A DNA stretch of 62,881 bases, the filler included, from Craspedostauros australis (taxonomy: Eukaryota): NCBI GenBank assembly GCA_030167865.1. It is 6 parts of 6 records of this genome, joined end to end, with 100 filler letters (N's around TTAATTAATTAA, not from the genome) between each part and the next. Parts side by side here need not be neighbours in the genome. Positions count along the whole stretch, not along the records: positions 38,813 to 48,747 come from JALAGF010004290.1; positions 48,848 to 58,142 come from JALAGF010004291.1; 4 more parts are not named here. One strand, 5' to 3'. A program made the translations under genes and the position numbers. Position 1 is the first letter of the stretch. Every line of letters begins with the position of its first letter. A model generated the notes under the pieces. The model did no database searches, was not told the DNA's origin, and was given only the letters and a program-made list of their open reading frames with translations. Positions 47,485 to 58,242 of this stretch are shown here, in pieces.

Positions 47485-48747
47485 TTAGAGTACTTCGCAG
47501 GCAGATTGGACTGGTCCAGGGCAATCCTCGCCTGCGCCGTCGATTACGTACGTCTCTTTGGCCGACATGCACAAGTGTCCTTGGGCGCATTTGGTGCACT
47601 TGGCGTCTGCCGTACAGACTCCTTGGATGATGATGATGTCATTGGTTGCACTGTCACTATTGCCAAGCTGATGGCACGCCCTCTCACCCGAGCAGGCAGC
47701 GTCTTCGATGACCACGTTTCCTGCAAATTTGTTCCCGGCGTGCAACTGCACGCAAGCGCTCTCCCCTTTGCACGCATTCTTTCCGATGAAGACACTTGCC
47801 ACGATCGGATCCGTTGTAGGCTCTTGGCTGCTGCGCTCAGCAAGTCTTCTGCATGAAGCGAATGAATCGCATGCTCCTTCTTCTATTCGTACATCGCCAA
47901 AGATGTTTGCTCCCATAAAACCGCAACTGGCTCGTCCAAGACAAGCCCCTGGCCCGATCACCACTGACCCGACTTTGACACCAGCAGCTGGCTGACTTGG
48001 AGAGAAGCTGCCCACGTTCATGCAGGCAGAATCATCCTTGCAACTGTCAAGTATGATTGTGTTAGGCCGCACTCCGTAGCATGAGAAGGGCCCAACACAT
48101 GACCCTGAACTCACCGTCATGACACCGACTTGGCCTTCGGTGACGCAAACATCACCACCTTCACCAACATCTTCACCAGTATCACCACCATCGCAGCATG
48201 AGCCATCACAGTCACGATCCAGCACTTCCCCGCTACCAGTGAAGAGCTTTTTGCCGTCGTTCACGATCGTCACCAGTGCGCTGGTCACACTTTCGTTGTT
48301 CTTGATGTTGTCAAAGCGTTCCTGCGCCTCCTGCAATGTCACAGGCTGTGGAGGGTCTGAATCATCGCATCCAAAGATACTCTTGATCATCTTGCGCTTC
48401 CCCTCATCAGTCAGCTCATCAACGTCGGAGACGAAGTCCGCGCATGTGCCTGTTGCACCATCGCACAATATGTCACCATCGATGGGATTGAACGTGGATG
48501 TACCGTCACCCGGTTTTTCGAGACATCCTACGGTGAAGGATGCTGGGCTGAGAGTTGGGATCGATGTAGGAGCTGATGTTGGAGCCGCTGTCGGAGCCGA
48601 TGTAGGAGCTGATGTGGGAGCTGATGTTGGAGCCGATGTGGGGGCTGATGTCGGTGCTGAAGTTGGAGCAGTGGGGGCTGATGTGGGGGCTGACGTCGGA
48701 GCCGATGTAGGAGCTGATGTTGGAGCTGATGTTGGAGCCGATGTGGG
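47485..48747 (-). CDS. Putative extracellular or cell-surface protein with a (PTSA)n stalk and seven C-x5-C repeats (5'-partial)
   Basis: The frame of ORF 47485..48468 stays open up to the gap and reads ...PTSAPTAAPTSAPTSIPTLSPASFTVGCLEK...; Cys-rich repeat domain follows. Confidence 0.8.
   Translation of the reverse strand, partial: PTSAPTSAPTSAPTSAPTSAPTSAPTAPTSAPTSAPTSAPTSAPTSAPTSAPTAAPTSAPTSIPTLSPASFTVGCLEKPGDGTSTFNPIDGDILCDGATGTCADFVSDVDELTDEGKRKMIKSIFGCDDSDPPQPVTLQEAQERFDNIKNNESVTSALVTIVNDGKKLFTGSGEVLDRDCDGSCCDGGDTGEDVGEGGDVCVTEGQVGVMTVSSGSCVGPFSCYGVRPNTIILDSCKDDSACMNVGSFSPSQPAAGVKVGSVVIGPGACLGRASCGFMGANIFGDVRIEEGACDSFASCRRLAERSSQEPTTDPIVASVFIGKNACKGESACVQLHAGNKFAGNVVIEDAACSGERACHQLGNSDSATNDIIIIQGVCTADAKCTKCAQGHLCMSAKETYVIDGAGEDCPGPVQSACEVL
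48563..48747 (-). repeat. 12-bp coding tandem repeat (Pro-Thr-Ser-Ala units)
   Basis: Repeated gatgtNggagcN units on the + strand running into the gap. Confidence 0.9.
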
Positions 48748-48847
48748 NNNNNNNNNNNNNNNNNNNNNNNNNNNNNNNNNNNNNNNNNNNNTTAATTAAT
48801 TAANNNNNNNNNNNNNNNNNNNNNNNNNNNNNNNNNNNNNNNNNNNN
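48748..48847. other. Artificial 100-nt scaffold gap linker
   Basis: N-TTAATTAATTAA-N. Confidence 0.97.
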
Positions 48848-49104
48848 GGGCGGCGCAACAGACGATGTTCTTTGGGGATCTATCCAACAGTACGAGCTAG
48901 TCTGGAGGAATGACAGGACGGACCTCCTGGATCTGGATCGCGCTTTGACCTTGTACTTGCTGGACTGCATGGCTTTGGGCACGTGGTTGACGGCAGGCGG
49001 CAATGATGGAAAACAACTAATCGAAGGATGCTCTCGGACGATACTCATCTCATGCAAAAGTATTCTACGAACTAGAATGCCTTTCTCCTTGGTGCAGCCG
49101 ATGA

Positions 49105-51021
49105 TCATTCAAAGTCCGTCCTTGGTCCGCACGTCTCCATCTCCGCGTCCCACGCGCAGGATGCCCCACACAGCTCCGCGCCCATCGTTGCATTTGCCAC
49201 CTCGCCAGGGCTGCCCGTCTCCAGACACTTGTCGCACGATGATGCAAATCTCGAATCGCCACACCAAACGCATTCTCCATAGTGACATGGATCAGGCCTG
49301 GACTCCCAAGATGAGATGCAATCCCCTCCTCCTTGAAAGCAGCAGTTGGTGCAGCAGGAACATGCCACTCGTGCGGCATCTTCTCCATCATCTCTGCAAT
49401 CAGCGTCAAGCTCGTCTATCAGAGGTTGGTCGCTTCGGCAGAAGATGGGATCCAGGTTTCCAATCAAGTCGGAACCCTCGAGCCACACCTCTTCAAGTTT
49501 CTTCATGTTGGCAAACTGCGTCGGCACCGCACCCTGCAGCAACGACTCGCTAAGATGCAGATACCGCATGTTCAGCAGTTGGGCCATCTCCACGGGCAGT
49601 GTTCCACCCACCTGGGAATCAATCAGCGATATACGTCCCAACGTCGACACTTGCCCAATTTCCGTCGGTATGGAACCGCCGATGTCCGTGCCATACACAT
49701 AGAGGAGTTCAAGCTTCGGAGCGTAGCCGATTTCGGAGGGGATAGTTCCGGAGAACTTGGTATCTCCGACATCAAACTCGAGCAATTCTGGCAGGCTCCC
49801 GATAAAGGTGGAGATGGTGCCCTCCAAGAACGGATTGACTTCGACCCAGATAATTTGCATGTTGTAGAAACAATACGTTTCCATCGGGTACGTCCCAACG
49901 AGGGCAAAATGGTTCAACAAGAGCCTCTGAACGGTCCCATCTGTCTCGTTGCAGAAGATTCCTGCCTCGTCTGCGTCATTCCAGTCACAAATGGATGTGT
50001 TTTGTGTCAAGAAATTGAGCTGAGTCGATGGCCAGTTTGGGCCCTCGGTGGCAAAGTAGAACACCACTGCCGCATACCGTTCGATCAAGTGTCGGAGACT
50101 GACGTCGTTCGCGTTTAGTATATCACCAACGCTCAGCTCTGTCGAGTTGTCACCAGCAACCAATCCGGTGGGAATGTTGTACTGCACCTCATCGATATCG
50201 TAGGAAGTGGAGAGCCACTCCATGGCCTTGTACTGTGGAGTGTCAGTATCCTCGAATGCTTCACGCTTTGTGAAAGTCGGTGTGTGGCCCAAGATGGGGA
50301 GGAGTCTGTCCACATACAGATCCATATTTGGCGCTGTTGGGGAGCCAGTCGTCGGACTTGCATTGGACGAGTCATCCTGTGAACGGACCAACACGGTGGC
50401 CACGAGGCATACTGCGCCAAGTCCGCTGTACAGCATCCGCTTGGATTGTTGTGCCGATGGTCCTCCTTCAGCCCCTTTCGCCGTTAGCGATGATGCTGTT
50501 TTCATCGTCGCGTCAAACATGTCCGCAGAAGAATCAGTCGGTACTTCCGCGACGGCGACGGCTGACACAGCACCGGAGACCCGTTCCTGCGCCCGTTCCT
50601 GGATTTCCAGTTCCATACGCTCATCGAACTGTTGTTGCATCTCCTCTCTGACGCGGTCGGCGATTTCATCATCGGTTGCCGCCAACGTCGCCGCGATTGG
50701 GACCGTCGGCACGCTGGCAAGGTTGTCAGGATTGTCGACTGCCGCTACGTCATCACGCATGATGTCTCCAGCTCCGCCGTCACCTCCGTGCAGTCCACTG
50801 CCGCTCTCAAAGGCACCTGGAAGGGTGACCCGTTGGCTATGGCGGTTCAACGGTGGAGGTGCTGGCATGACGGACCCATCAATCGTTGACCCGCTGCTCG
50901 TCCTCTGGAGAGTGCCACCCTCGGCATAAAGTCGAGGTAGGCGTGTTGGAGACGCTTTTGATTGATGTGCTTTCTGGGAGGGACTCGTTTCGGTAGGGAT
51001 GGTGCGATCCACACTGCACAA
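49105..51021 (-). CDS. Type II membrane LRR receptor-like protein with C-terminal Cys-rich domains (true start probably upstream, see 51476..51680)
   Basis: Disordered N-terminus with PGAF, TM LYSGLGAVCLVATVLV, cap PQYKAMEWL...ERYAAVVFYFATEG..W, plant-type LRRs (LxGxIPxEIG), ADC...CSCCTNCC and an extra Cys domain. Frame is open from 51177. Confidence 0.88.
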   Translation of the reverse strand: MCSVDRTIPTETSPSQKAHQSKASPTRLPRLYAEGGTLQRTSSGSTIDGSVMPAPPPLNRHSQRVTLPGAFESGSGLHGGDGGAGDIMRDDVAAVDNPDNLASVPTVPIAATLAATDDEIADRVREEMQQQFDERMELEIQERAQERVSGAVSAVAVAEVPTDSSADMFDATMKTASSLTAKGAEGGPSAQQSKRMLYSGLGAVCLVATVLVRSQDDSSNASPTTGSPTAPNMDLYVDRLLPILGHTPTFTKREAFEDTDTPQYKAMEWLSTSYDIDEVQYNIPTGLVAGDNSTELSVGDILNANDVSLRHLIERYAAVVFYFATEGPNWPSTQLNFLTQNTSICDWNDADEAGIFCNETDGTVQRLLLNHFALVGTYPMETYCFYNMQIIWVEVNPFLEGTISTFIGSLPELLEFDVGDTKFSGTIPSEIGYAPKLELLYVYGTDIGGSIPTEIGQVSTLGRISLIDSQVGGTLPVEMAQLLNMRYLHLSESLLQGAVPTQFANMKKLEEVWLEGSDLIGNLDPIFCRSDQPLIDELDADCRDDGEDAARVACSCCTNCCFQGGGDCISSWESRPDPCHYGECVWCGDSRFASSCDKCLETGSPGEVANATMGAELCGASCAWDAEMETCGPRTDFE

Positions 51022-51475
51022 CTTGGATTGTTGGGAGGTGACGTTCGATCGGAGCTGCGGCTGCTTCTTCGGATGATCCTTCGGAAGCTCGCCAGGAATA
51101 CCCGTAGCTTTGTCTGCATGAGTAGGTTGGCGAGGAAGGGGTTCTGTGCGATTTGAGAGAAGCAGGCAGCTCTCCGTTCATCAATCTGGCCGTGAGCAGG
51201 CTGCGAAGATTCATCTGCTTGGATGATTCTAAGCACCACTTCCATCTGGGTCGCTCTTTCCACAGAATGGTGCGCATCTCTTCGTGCCACTTCATTGCTC
51301 ATGGCTGGGTGATCGGTCAATTCTGCGGGCCTGTTGCACAAGGGATGCGGTACATGAAACTTGTGGGTACCCATATTTGTCGTTGTCGAGAAACCATACA
51401 CAAGAAACGGGCATGCCATCAAATAGAACCTTCACGAATGAGACGCAACGAATGACGCCGCGGGGCGCAACTCAC

Positions 51476-51680
51476 CTGCTGTATCGCTCGCAGATGAATC
51501 ATTGGCTTTATCCATCTCGACGCCTGTCCCGATCGGAGTTCCCACTGTCACTCTCACCGGCGCTTGCAATGGCGTCGTCGTGTCGGTAGGACGAGTACCC
51601 TGGCGGTCATCATCATGGTTCGGCTCTTGTGCTGGCTCGGAAGGCGATGGTGCTGGTGCTGGTGGCTGCTCGTCGTCCAT
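51476..51680 (-). CDS. Putative first exon of the LRR membrane protein gene (MDDEQPP...)
   Basis: ATG at 51680, consensus donor CAG|GTGAGT at 51475, candidate acceptor at 51323; similar to the N-termini of two neighbouring relics. Joining to the main ORF needs a frame change near 51180. Confidence 0.5.
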
Positions 51681-52649
51681 GATGCGCGTGGTTGCAATGG
51701 CAGAGACAGGAAGATGTGTGTCCACCTGGCTGGAGCTTGGGGAAAAAGAGGCGGGGTGATCCTTGTCTGGCTCTTCCTTCGTCTCTTTTGTGGCTCGTGT
51801 GTGGTCGCTTTGTCGTCTTCGTTGCTTCTGCGTGATCCCCTCGCTCCGTTCTCTCCACAAAGCCGCTGGCTGATGGCGACGAGGGTGCTCGTGCGTCCCA
51901 GCGCAGGTTTGCGGGAGGGATGTGGCGGACGTGGCTGATGATTACGAGCAAGGGCGGTTTGGACCTATTTTGTTGGCGCGCCGGTGTCTTTTGTGACTGA
52001 AAGAGGCTAAAAACTCTGCCAAGGAACTCCAAAACCACCGCGCTGGCATAGCCGCTTTCGTTGACGAATCATAGTCTTCCGCGTGGCATTCGGAGCGGAG
52101 GCGAGCACAAAGAACAAGCAAGACATCGAAAGAACGCGAACATCTCTCCAGTCAACGAAGAGGAAATGTCAATGGATGACGTTGTTCGTCACGAAAAATG
52201 ATGTCTAGTCGTGACTGGCGCGTGCGTCTTTTTGTCACAATCTTCCGCGGACTGCGTGTAGTGCGTGTGGAGCAACTCTCAATCAGTGTTGGTCATGTGT
52301 GATGGTTCCATCGTGTGACGCACCGAGTCAATCAGTCAGGCATCCATGAAGGCTTCCAGGCATCAGATTCTTCGCTCGCCGCACTGTTTGCGCTTGGACA
52401 AACTGGTGGAGAACGAATCAAGTGTCACGATGCTTCCCATCAATGTGTTCCACTCATGGATTATCTACCTCCACATGTTCCGGACTACTCTAAGAGGACT
52501 GCGCATGAGTCATCCCATCTCGCTGCATTGGCTCCCGTACGTCAGCGCATCCATCAGTACTGTGGTGTGTTTGGCGCCGTGAAATGCATCCTCGGGCCAA
52601 GAAGATTCGAGGGCTGGAAGTTGGAGATGACCCCGTTTGGTGTCTGTCT

Positions 52650-53235
52650 TGGGATGGACTAGTCTCGGCAGTCGGTGCGTACTAATACTCCGCGCACGGC
52701 AACCTGGACTTCTGGGAGGCACGATGGGCCTCATCCTCGGGTGGTGCGTGGGAGGCTTGTCCGGTGTGGATCTATCCACCGACCTGAGCGAAGACTCTGC
52801 CCTTTGGTCTGCAAGAGGAATCTCGCCATCTCTATCTTCCAGTTCGTGGGTGGCCTGCGAAGAGTCTTCCGGAGCCATGGTCCAGAGAATGTCTTCATCC
52901 AGCATTGCTCTTTCCTTGGGCTGATGGGTTTCGATGGATTCATGATACACCAACTTTGCTGGCGGTTCACATCAGAAGCATCTGGTTGATGGTCGGTGGA
53001 GTGATGCGGTGGCAGCAAATGACGCGACGATGGATGGCCCAGCACCATCGCCGTCGCCGCCAGGCACCGGGGACTGCGAGACTGTGTCCGCAGCAACTCC
53101 GATTCCGATCAGAGTCGCCACTGGCACCGTCATCAGTCTCGTAGTACTGGTGGCATCTTGGCGCTCATCGCCTGTGCCGATCCTGGAAGGCGACTCCGGT
53201 GACTCCGGTGGCTGTTGTTCGATCGTGATTCGTAC
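52650..53235 (-). pseudogene. Decayed N-terminal fragment of an LRR membrane protein paralogue
   Basis: RITIEQQPP vs RIMDDEQPP (ATG replaced by ACG at 53226); VATLIGIGV vs VGTPIGTGV; RSVDRSTP vs CSVDRTIP; STHRLPRL vs SPTRLPRL; internal stop. Confidence 0.6.
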
Positions 53236-53775
53236 TGCGGGTAGCTTGCATTGTGGTATGGTAATTGTACGTATGCTTCAGACGGTGGAGAGTCCAAGTA
53301 ATGGCAGAGCGTCGCAATGAAGAGCTGTGGATTTCTCCATACGCAAGACTGTGCGTATGACACGAGCACAAGTACGAGATGCTTGTGAGTTCTCTCCTTC
53401 GCTCATCCTCGTGTGTTGTCTTCTGTTGGCCGACAACAACAACGACAACAAATGGATTGATCTGAAGTGAATGCTCTGCGAAAAGATGAGTCTCGTGGAG
53501 TCGAGGAGATCGGCAATGACCAGAAAAGGTTGTCCACCATCCAATGCCAATCACCATGTTCAAGATGACGTCATTCTGTACAACGCGAACGCCGACAAGG
53601 CGATCAGCCACTTTGGGGCCATCACTGGTACCATCACTGGGTATCATCCATCCAACAGCACCATGCAACCTCGCTCTTGTGTGGATCACCTCTGGTTCAT
53701 CAACTGTATCACGCAGATTCATCTCGATTTATCCTGATTCCTCTCTCTCTCTCTCTCTTGTCATCGACCAACAAC

Positions 53776-54555
53776 ATGATGCGCATCGCACCAGTGTTTG
53801 CCACTCTGGCTCCATTCACTGTCGTGTCCGCGACGGTTGGATCCACTGCCGGTTCGATTCCTGGGCTTGCTGCTGCCATCAATGACTCAACGCAGTCATC
53901 ATCATTGGCATCCTCAGCAGCGGCCGCATCCTTCACACGCGGTCTTTTCACGCACGCCCAACTTCTGCTAGCGAAACAAACAGCGACAGCTAGCAGGTCG
54001 ACGTCGTCTTCCTCAGCGTGGTCGCTTCAGAAGGCCCTCCTTTCCACACGAGGTGGAGGCGATGAACCCGCAACGGCAGAAGGACAGCAGCAGTACGAAA
54101 CCTTGGCATCGCCTGCCCCCGGATCGCCATTCCACTACGCATTTCCCGTCCACGATCTGGACCTCGCCAAGGACTTCTACGGCAACGTTCTGGGATGCGT
54201 CGAGGGCCGCAGCTCGGAGAAGTGGCAGGATTACAGCCTGCACGGGCATCAGATTGTGGCGCACTGGGTCGGCAGCGACTACAGGTGCAAGGACTACTAC
54301 AACCCGGTCGATGGTGACGAGGTCCCCGTGCCTCATACCGGATTGGCGCTGACCGTGGAACAGTTCCACGATCTGGCGGATCGACTGAAGCAGGCCGGCA
54401 TCGAATTCATCATCGAGCCGCACCTGCGCTTCCAAGGGATGCCGGGTGAGCAGTGGACGATGTTCTTCAAGGATCCATCGGGAAACAACCTGGAGTTCAA
54501 GGCCATGACGAAGCTCGAGAACCTCTTCGCGAAGTACAACGTTGTTGACAAGTGA
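53776..54555 (+). CDS. VOC/glyoxalase-bleomycin resistance family protein with N-terminal targeting extension
   Basis: PFHYAFPVHDL, GHQIVAH, VDGDEVPVPHTG, IEPHLRFQG..GEQWTMFFKDPSGNNLEFKA; hydrophobic leader, S/A-rich linker and STRGG motif. Confidence 0.9.
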   Translation: MMRIAPVFATLAPFTVVSATVGSTAGSIPGLAAAINDSTQSSSLASSAAAASFTRGLFTHAQLLLAKQTATASRSTSSSSAWSLQKALLSTRGGGDEPATAEGQQQYETLASPAPGSPFHYAFPVHDLDLAKDFYGNVLGCVEGRSSEKWQDYSLHGHQIVAHWVGSDYRCKDYYNPVDGDEVPVPHTGLALTVEQFHDLADRLKQAGIEFIIEPHLRFQGMPGEQWTMFFKDPSGNNLEFKAMTKLENLFAKYNVVDK

Positions 54556-55069
54556 TTTTGATGTCCGATGATTGATGGCCGCTCTGCTATTATACTGGGG
54601 CAGACAGATATGGACATCTCTCTCTCTCTCTCTCCTTCTCTCCATCCGTTTGATTTGAGAACGCAATTGGTTGTCATTGCGCTGCGTTGTGCTGCACTCG
54701 GGTGCGTCGTGAGCATCGTGGTCCTGGTAGAAAGGGCAGAGCTGCCGACCAACACACTGAACATCAGAGCGAAAGAATGAGCATGAGCGTGGTCGTCGAA
54801 GCGAGACGTCTGCTGTGAGAGATTGTGAGATACCTTGCACATGCATACTCATAGATCTGCCGCGCCGTCTCAAATACAGAAACTGCTTGCACTAACCATC
54901 CCCAAAGAAAGCAATCCATTCGTAGAGCATCATGCCACACCATGCTATTTGATTCTCATAGCTCGTTGGAGCATTATGTCGTTTGCCCGCTCTTCTCGTG
55001 CTGTCATCGCGCAAGCATAGATACACCTATATATCCACGCATGCATGCACACGCATGTGGCCGCTGATG

Positions 55070-56011
55070 AGTTTAGAAACCACGCGGGATTCGCACATCT
55101 GCAATACGTCTCGCCATCCAATGCGCAAGCTGTCCGGAAGAGCTTCGGGTCAGAGTCACATCTACGAGACCATCCCAATCAACCGTCTCCTGGCACTTGT
55201 CGCACGAAGGTGCGTATCTCAAGTCGGCGCGCCAGACGCATTCTCCGAAATCGCACGGATCGTATCTGAAGAAAAAGCAGACGCCGTGCGATCCTCTGCA
55301 ATGGTGCAGCAACTGAAGCAACAGGAGCGCGCTACTGGTGATGCAACTTCTTCGTTGTCACCACCGTCAGCCGCAAAGCACGGGACCCGACCCAGACTTC
55401 AAGAAATCGGCACACGAGGGGATCCTTGGATGCAGCTGGGATTGTGAGCACAGGTGCCGGATTGGTCGCAGCGGTGGCAATCACGATGCTGTCATGCACG
55501 ATGGTGTCACTTTCGCTATCACTGCTGCAAATGTGCATGCCTTCCTAAATGGCACATGGACGAGCTGCGCGGTGATTGCCGCAGCTTATGGATTAATGGC
55601 CTGGCATGCGGGGTTGGTCTGCCGTGGAATCATTTGCAATCGTTTCGAGTGCGTCGGTTGTCGCCGAAGATCCGCCACGAGATGCCGTGGTTGATTGAAT
55701 TGGACATAATTCCTGCAAAACATCTCTCTGCGCTTGAGCCTTGTGGTCCATTTCTGTAAGCGTGTATGGTTCGAAGGGCGGCAGTGGTTGCCGTCGGGCC
55801 TGCGCCAAATGGTCTTTGTGAGGCTCCAGCATAGCAGGCGCGAAGGGATGTGGCGCCGCGACGGTCCATGGACCTGCTTCTCCAAGAGGTCCGGGTGTTC
55901 CAATCACTGCCCCCCTGTTGATGGAGTGTAGCGCTCGTCATCGGCATCTGGTTGCTTTGCTGGCTCCAAAGATGCTGATGACGATGAGTTCGGTGCCGCT
56001 TCTCGGCCATG
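55070..56011 (-). pseudogene. Internally deleted, frameshifted relic of an LRR membrane protein paralogue
   Basis: N-terminal SLEPAKQPDADDER vs PSEPAQEPNHDDDR; C-terminal ARSCCFSCC vs ACSCCTNCC, DPCDFGECVWRADLRYAPSCDKCQET vs DPCHYGECVWCGDSRFASSCDKCLET, KLFRTACALD vs ELCGASCAWD, spread over different frames; no LRRs. Confidence 0.7.
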
Positions 56012-56789
56012 GCGAGAGCAGATCGGTTGATACAGGGAGACATATGGTACGCAGAAGGAGGGGAGCACTTCAAAGTGAGGAAAGGGTGAGGAAAGGGTGA
56101 GGAGTTCATGTGTGCCAACGTCGACTTCTCTCCCTCCTTGCAACGCTGTGTTGGCGCTGGCTTGACCCATGCCAGCAACCCTCGTTTCTCCCTCGCATTG
56201 GTGCGCGTGCTCTACGACTATGAATCGCACCCGTATCCGAAAAAGATCATTCGGCGAGAAAGCATCGATGAGGCGTGTGTCGGCGTTGGGAAACACTTTC
56301 GAGGATACGATGAGAATACAATCGCAACGCTCCAGGTTGTTCATCCTTACTGGCGCGAGTTGCGTCAAACGTTACTGATACGAGTAAGCCACGACAGGAC
56401 ACCACACAGCTAACCAACCCCCATTGCTTCGTTGCGGATTCTCCGTGACCTTTGCAGTGGTACTGGTACGGTGCTGCGCATCGTTCCAGCGTTTCCAGCT
56501 GCTCTTTCAGCCATGACGATTTCACAACAACGATACAGACAGCCAGTCGCGTAGCTTGTGAGTCTCAAGAGCATGATGGACTATTCCCTCTCTCTCTCTC
56601 TCTTTCCGGAGAGAGGGAGGACTCGAACGAAGACGGAACTCATGGGACTATCACAATTTCGTCAATTTATTTCATGTTATCTGTCGAGTGGAAGTATTAT
56701 ATAATAGAAGGTTTCATGGTTCCCAGAGTGCTGCGCACCATCGTTGCTACTCATTTATCTGCGGCTGAATGTTGAAGTGATTGCTGTGA

Positions 56790-57320
56790 TTACGCCAGCA
56801 GAATGGATTGCAATCGCTTGGATCGGATCATGCGTCGCCACTTCTTGGGAGGCGATGATGAGTGTCTGCGCTTGGAGAAGGATTGTTTTCCTGACTTCTT
56901 CTCCTTCTTCTGTTTGCGTGGCGTTCCTTTTGCAGCACGGGGAAGTTGATTTGAGTGAGATGAAGCGGTACTTGAATGTGTGATGATGGATTCATCATCG
57001 CTGATTGGCTGCGCACAATCGTCAACGCAGAACGTTTGAAGTCTGCTGTTGATGTCCGCGACAGCAATTGGCACTGCGATTTGTTGATGGTGCTTGCGTT
57101 GCAGCTGCTGAGTCATCGTCTTCGCTTTCTTCTCGATCTCCAGCGCCTCGATTTCAGCGTTGAGGCTGTTGTATTGGCTCTTCAATGACAGAATCTTGTT
57201 ACGAAGATCGTCGTTCGTCGTGTTCATGGAATGGGCGTGCGCTTGGATGGCGTTGGCGGCGAGCTTGGCGTTTTGGATGTCAGCAAAAAGACTGTTGAAG
57301 TGATGGTTGGTGGATGTCAT
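56790..57320 (-). CDS. Hypothetical protein with N-terminal coiled-coil and basic C-terminus
   Basis: Start MTSTNHHF after an AC-rich leader; heptad pattern LRNKILSLKSQYNSLNAEIEALE; K/R-rich tail. Confidence 0.6.
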   Translation of the reverse strand: MTSTNHHFNSLFADIQNAKLAANAIQAHAHSMNTTNDDLRNKILSLKSQYNSLNAEIEALEIEKKAKTMTQQLQRKHHQQIAVPIAVADINSRLQTFCVDDCAQPISDDESIITHSSTASSHSNQLPRAAKGTPRKQKKEKKSGKQSFSKRRHSSSPPKKWRRMIRSKRLQSILLA

Positions 57321-58142
57321 GGTTGCTTGGATAACTGCAGAGGAGATTTCACGCGGAGTAGTGTGGTGTGGGTGTGTTGGTTCCTGTTGCTTTTGCTTTT
57401 GCTGTAGTTGGATTCGTGTTTTGGTTGATCTTGTTGTGATTTTGTGAGGAAGAAGAGGAGGGGAGGGTGTGTGTTGTTTGTGTGGATTCTTGTTTTGCGA
57501 CACAATCCAAAAATTGATGCCGACAAAACTGATGCCAACCACGCATGGCTATGACATCGAGTGTAGATAATTGATAGAGTGAGGGCAGGTGGAGTTGGCT
57601 CATCGACTCGATACGACCTATTGTATGATCCACATGACCAACGTACGTATAAGAGCAATCGCAAGCACAATCGTTTCCAATGGACACGCTTGATGGTCAC
57701 ATCGTGGAAACACGATGGACACAGCACTTGCGTGGAAGAGCGAATGAGACTTTGATGTTGTCGCAGTGTGATTTCCCACGGCGCAACATCTCCAAAGACG
57801 GAGTCGTTCGCTTGTTCGCGGAGAGTCCACTGTTGCGCGCAACGTGGTGGAAGCAACGTGACACGATCCGCCCGTCTGCGCAACGAGTGGGAAAGCATCG
57901 TGTGGCCTGCAACCATGTACGATTGCACACGATGCACTTTTGCGTTTACCTCCTCCTCGTATTGCAGTCTGCAGTGCCCCAAGTATCTTGGACAGCACAA
58001 TGGGAGTTGTGATGTGGCTATCCACGATATCTCATCTTGGCCGTGAGCGCAATTGGCGGAGATCCCACAGGGTGCGCAAACGATCAAGGCTGTGAGTGTG
58101 CTCATCAACACAATACGGCTCCATGATCGACACACAGGATGG

Positions 58143-58242
58143 NNNNNNNNNNNNNNNNNNNNNNNNNNNNNNNNNNNNNNNNNNNNTTAATTAATTAANN
58201 NNNNNNNNNNNNNNNNNNNNNNNNNNNNNNNNNNNNNNNNNN
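58143..58242. other. Artificial 100-nt scaffold gap linker
   Basis: N-TTAATTAATTAA-N. Confidence 0.97.

Noticed and set aside
48119..48799. + strand ORF with (GADV)n repeats
   Set aside because: Reverse reading of the PTSA repeat; the minus strand gives the coherent protein.
57317..58135. 272-aa minus-strand ORF
   Set aside because: Non-coding-like composition; overlaps the likely promoter and UTR of the 56790..57320 gene.
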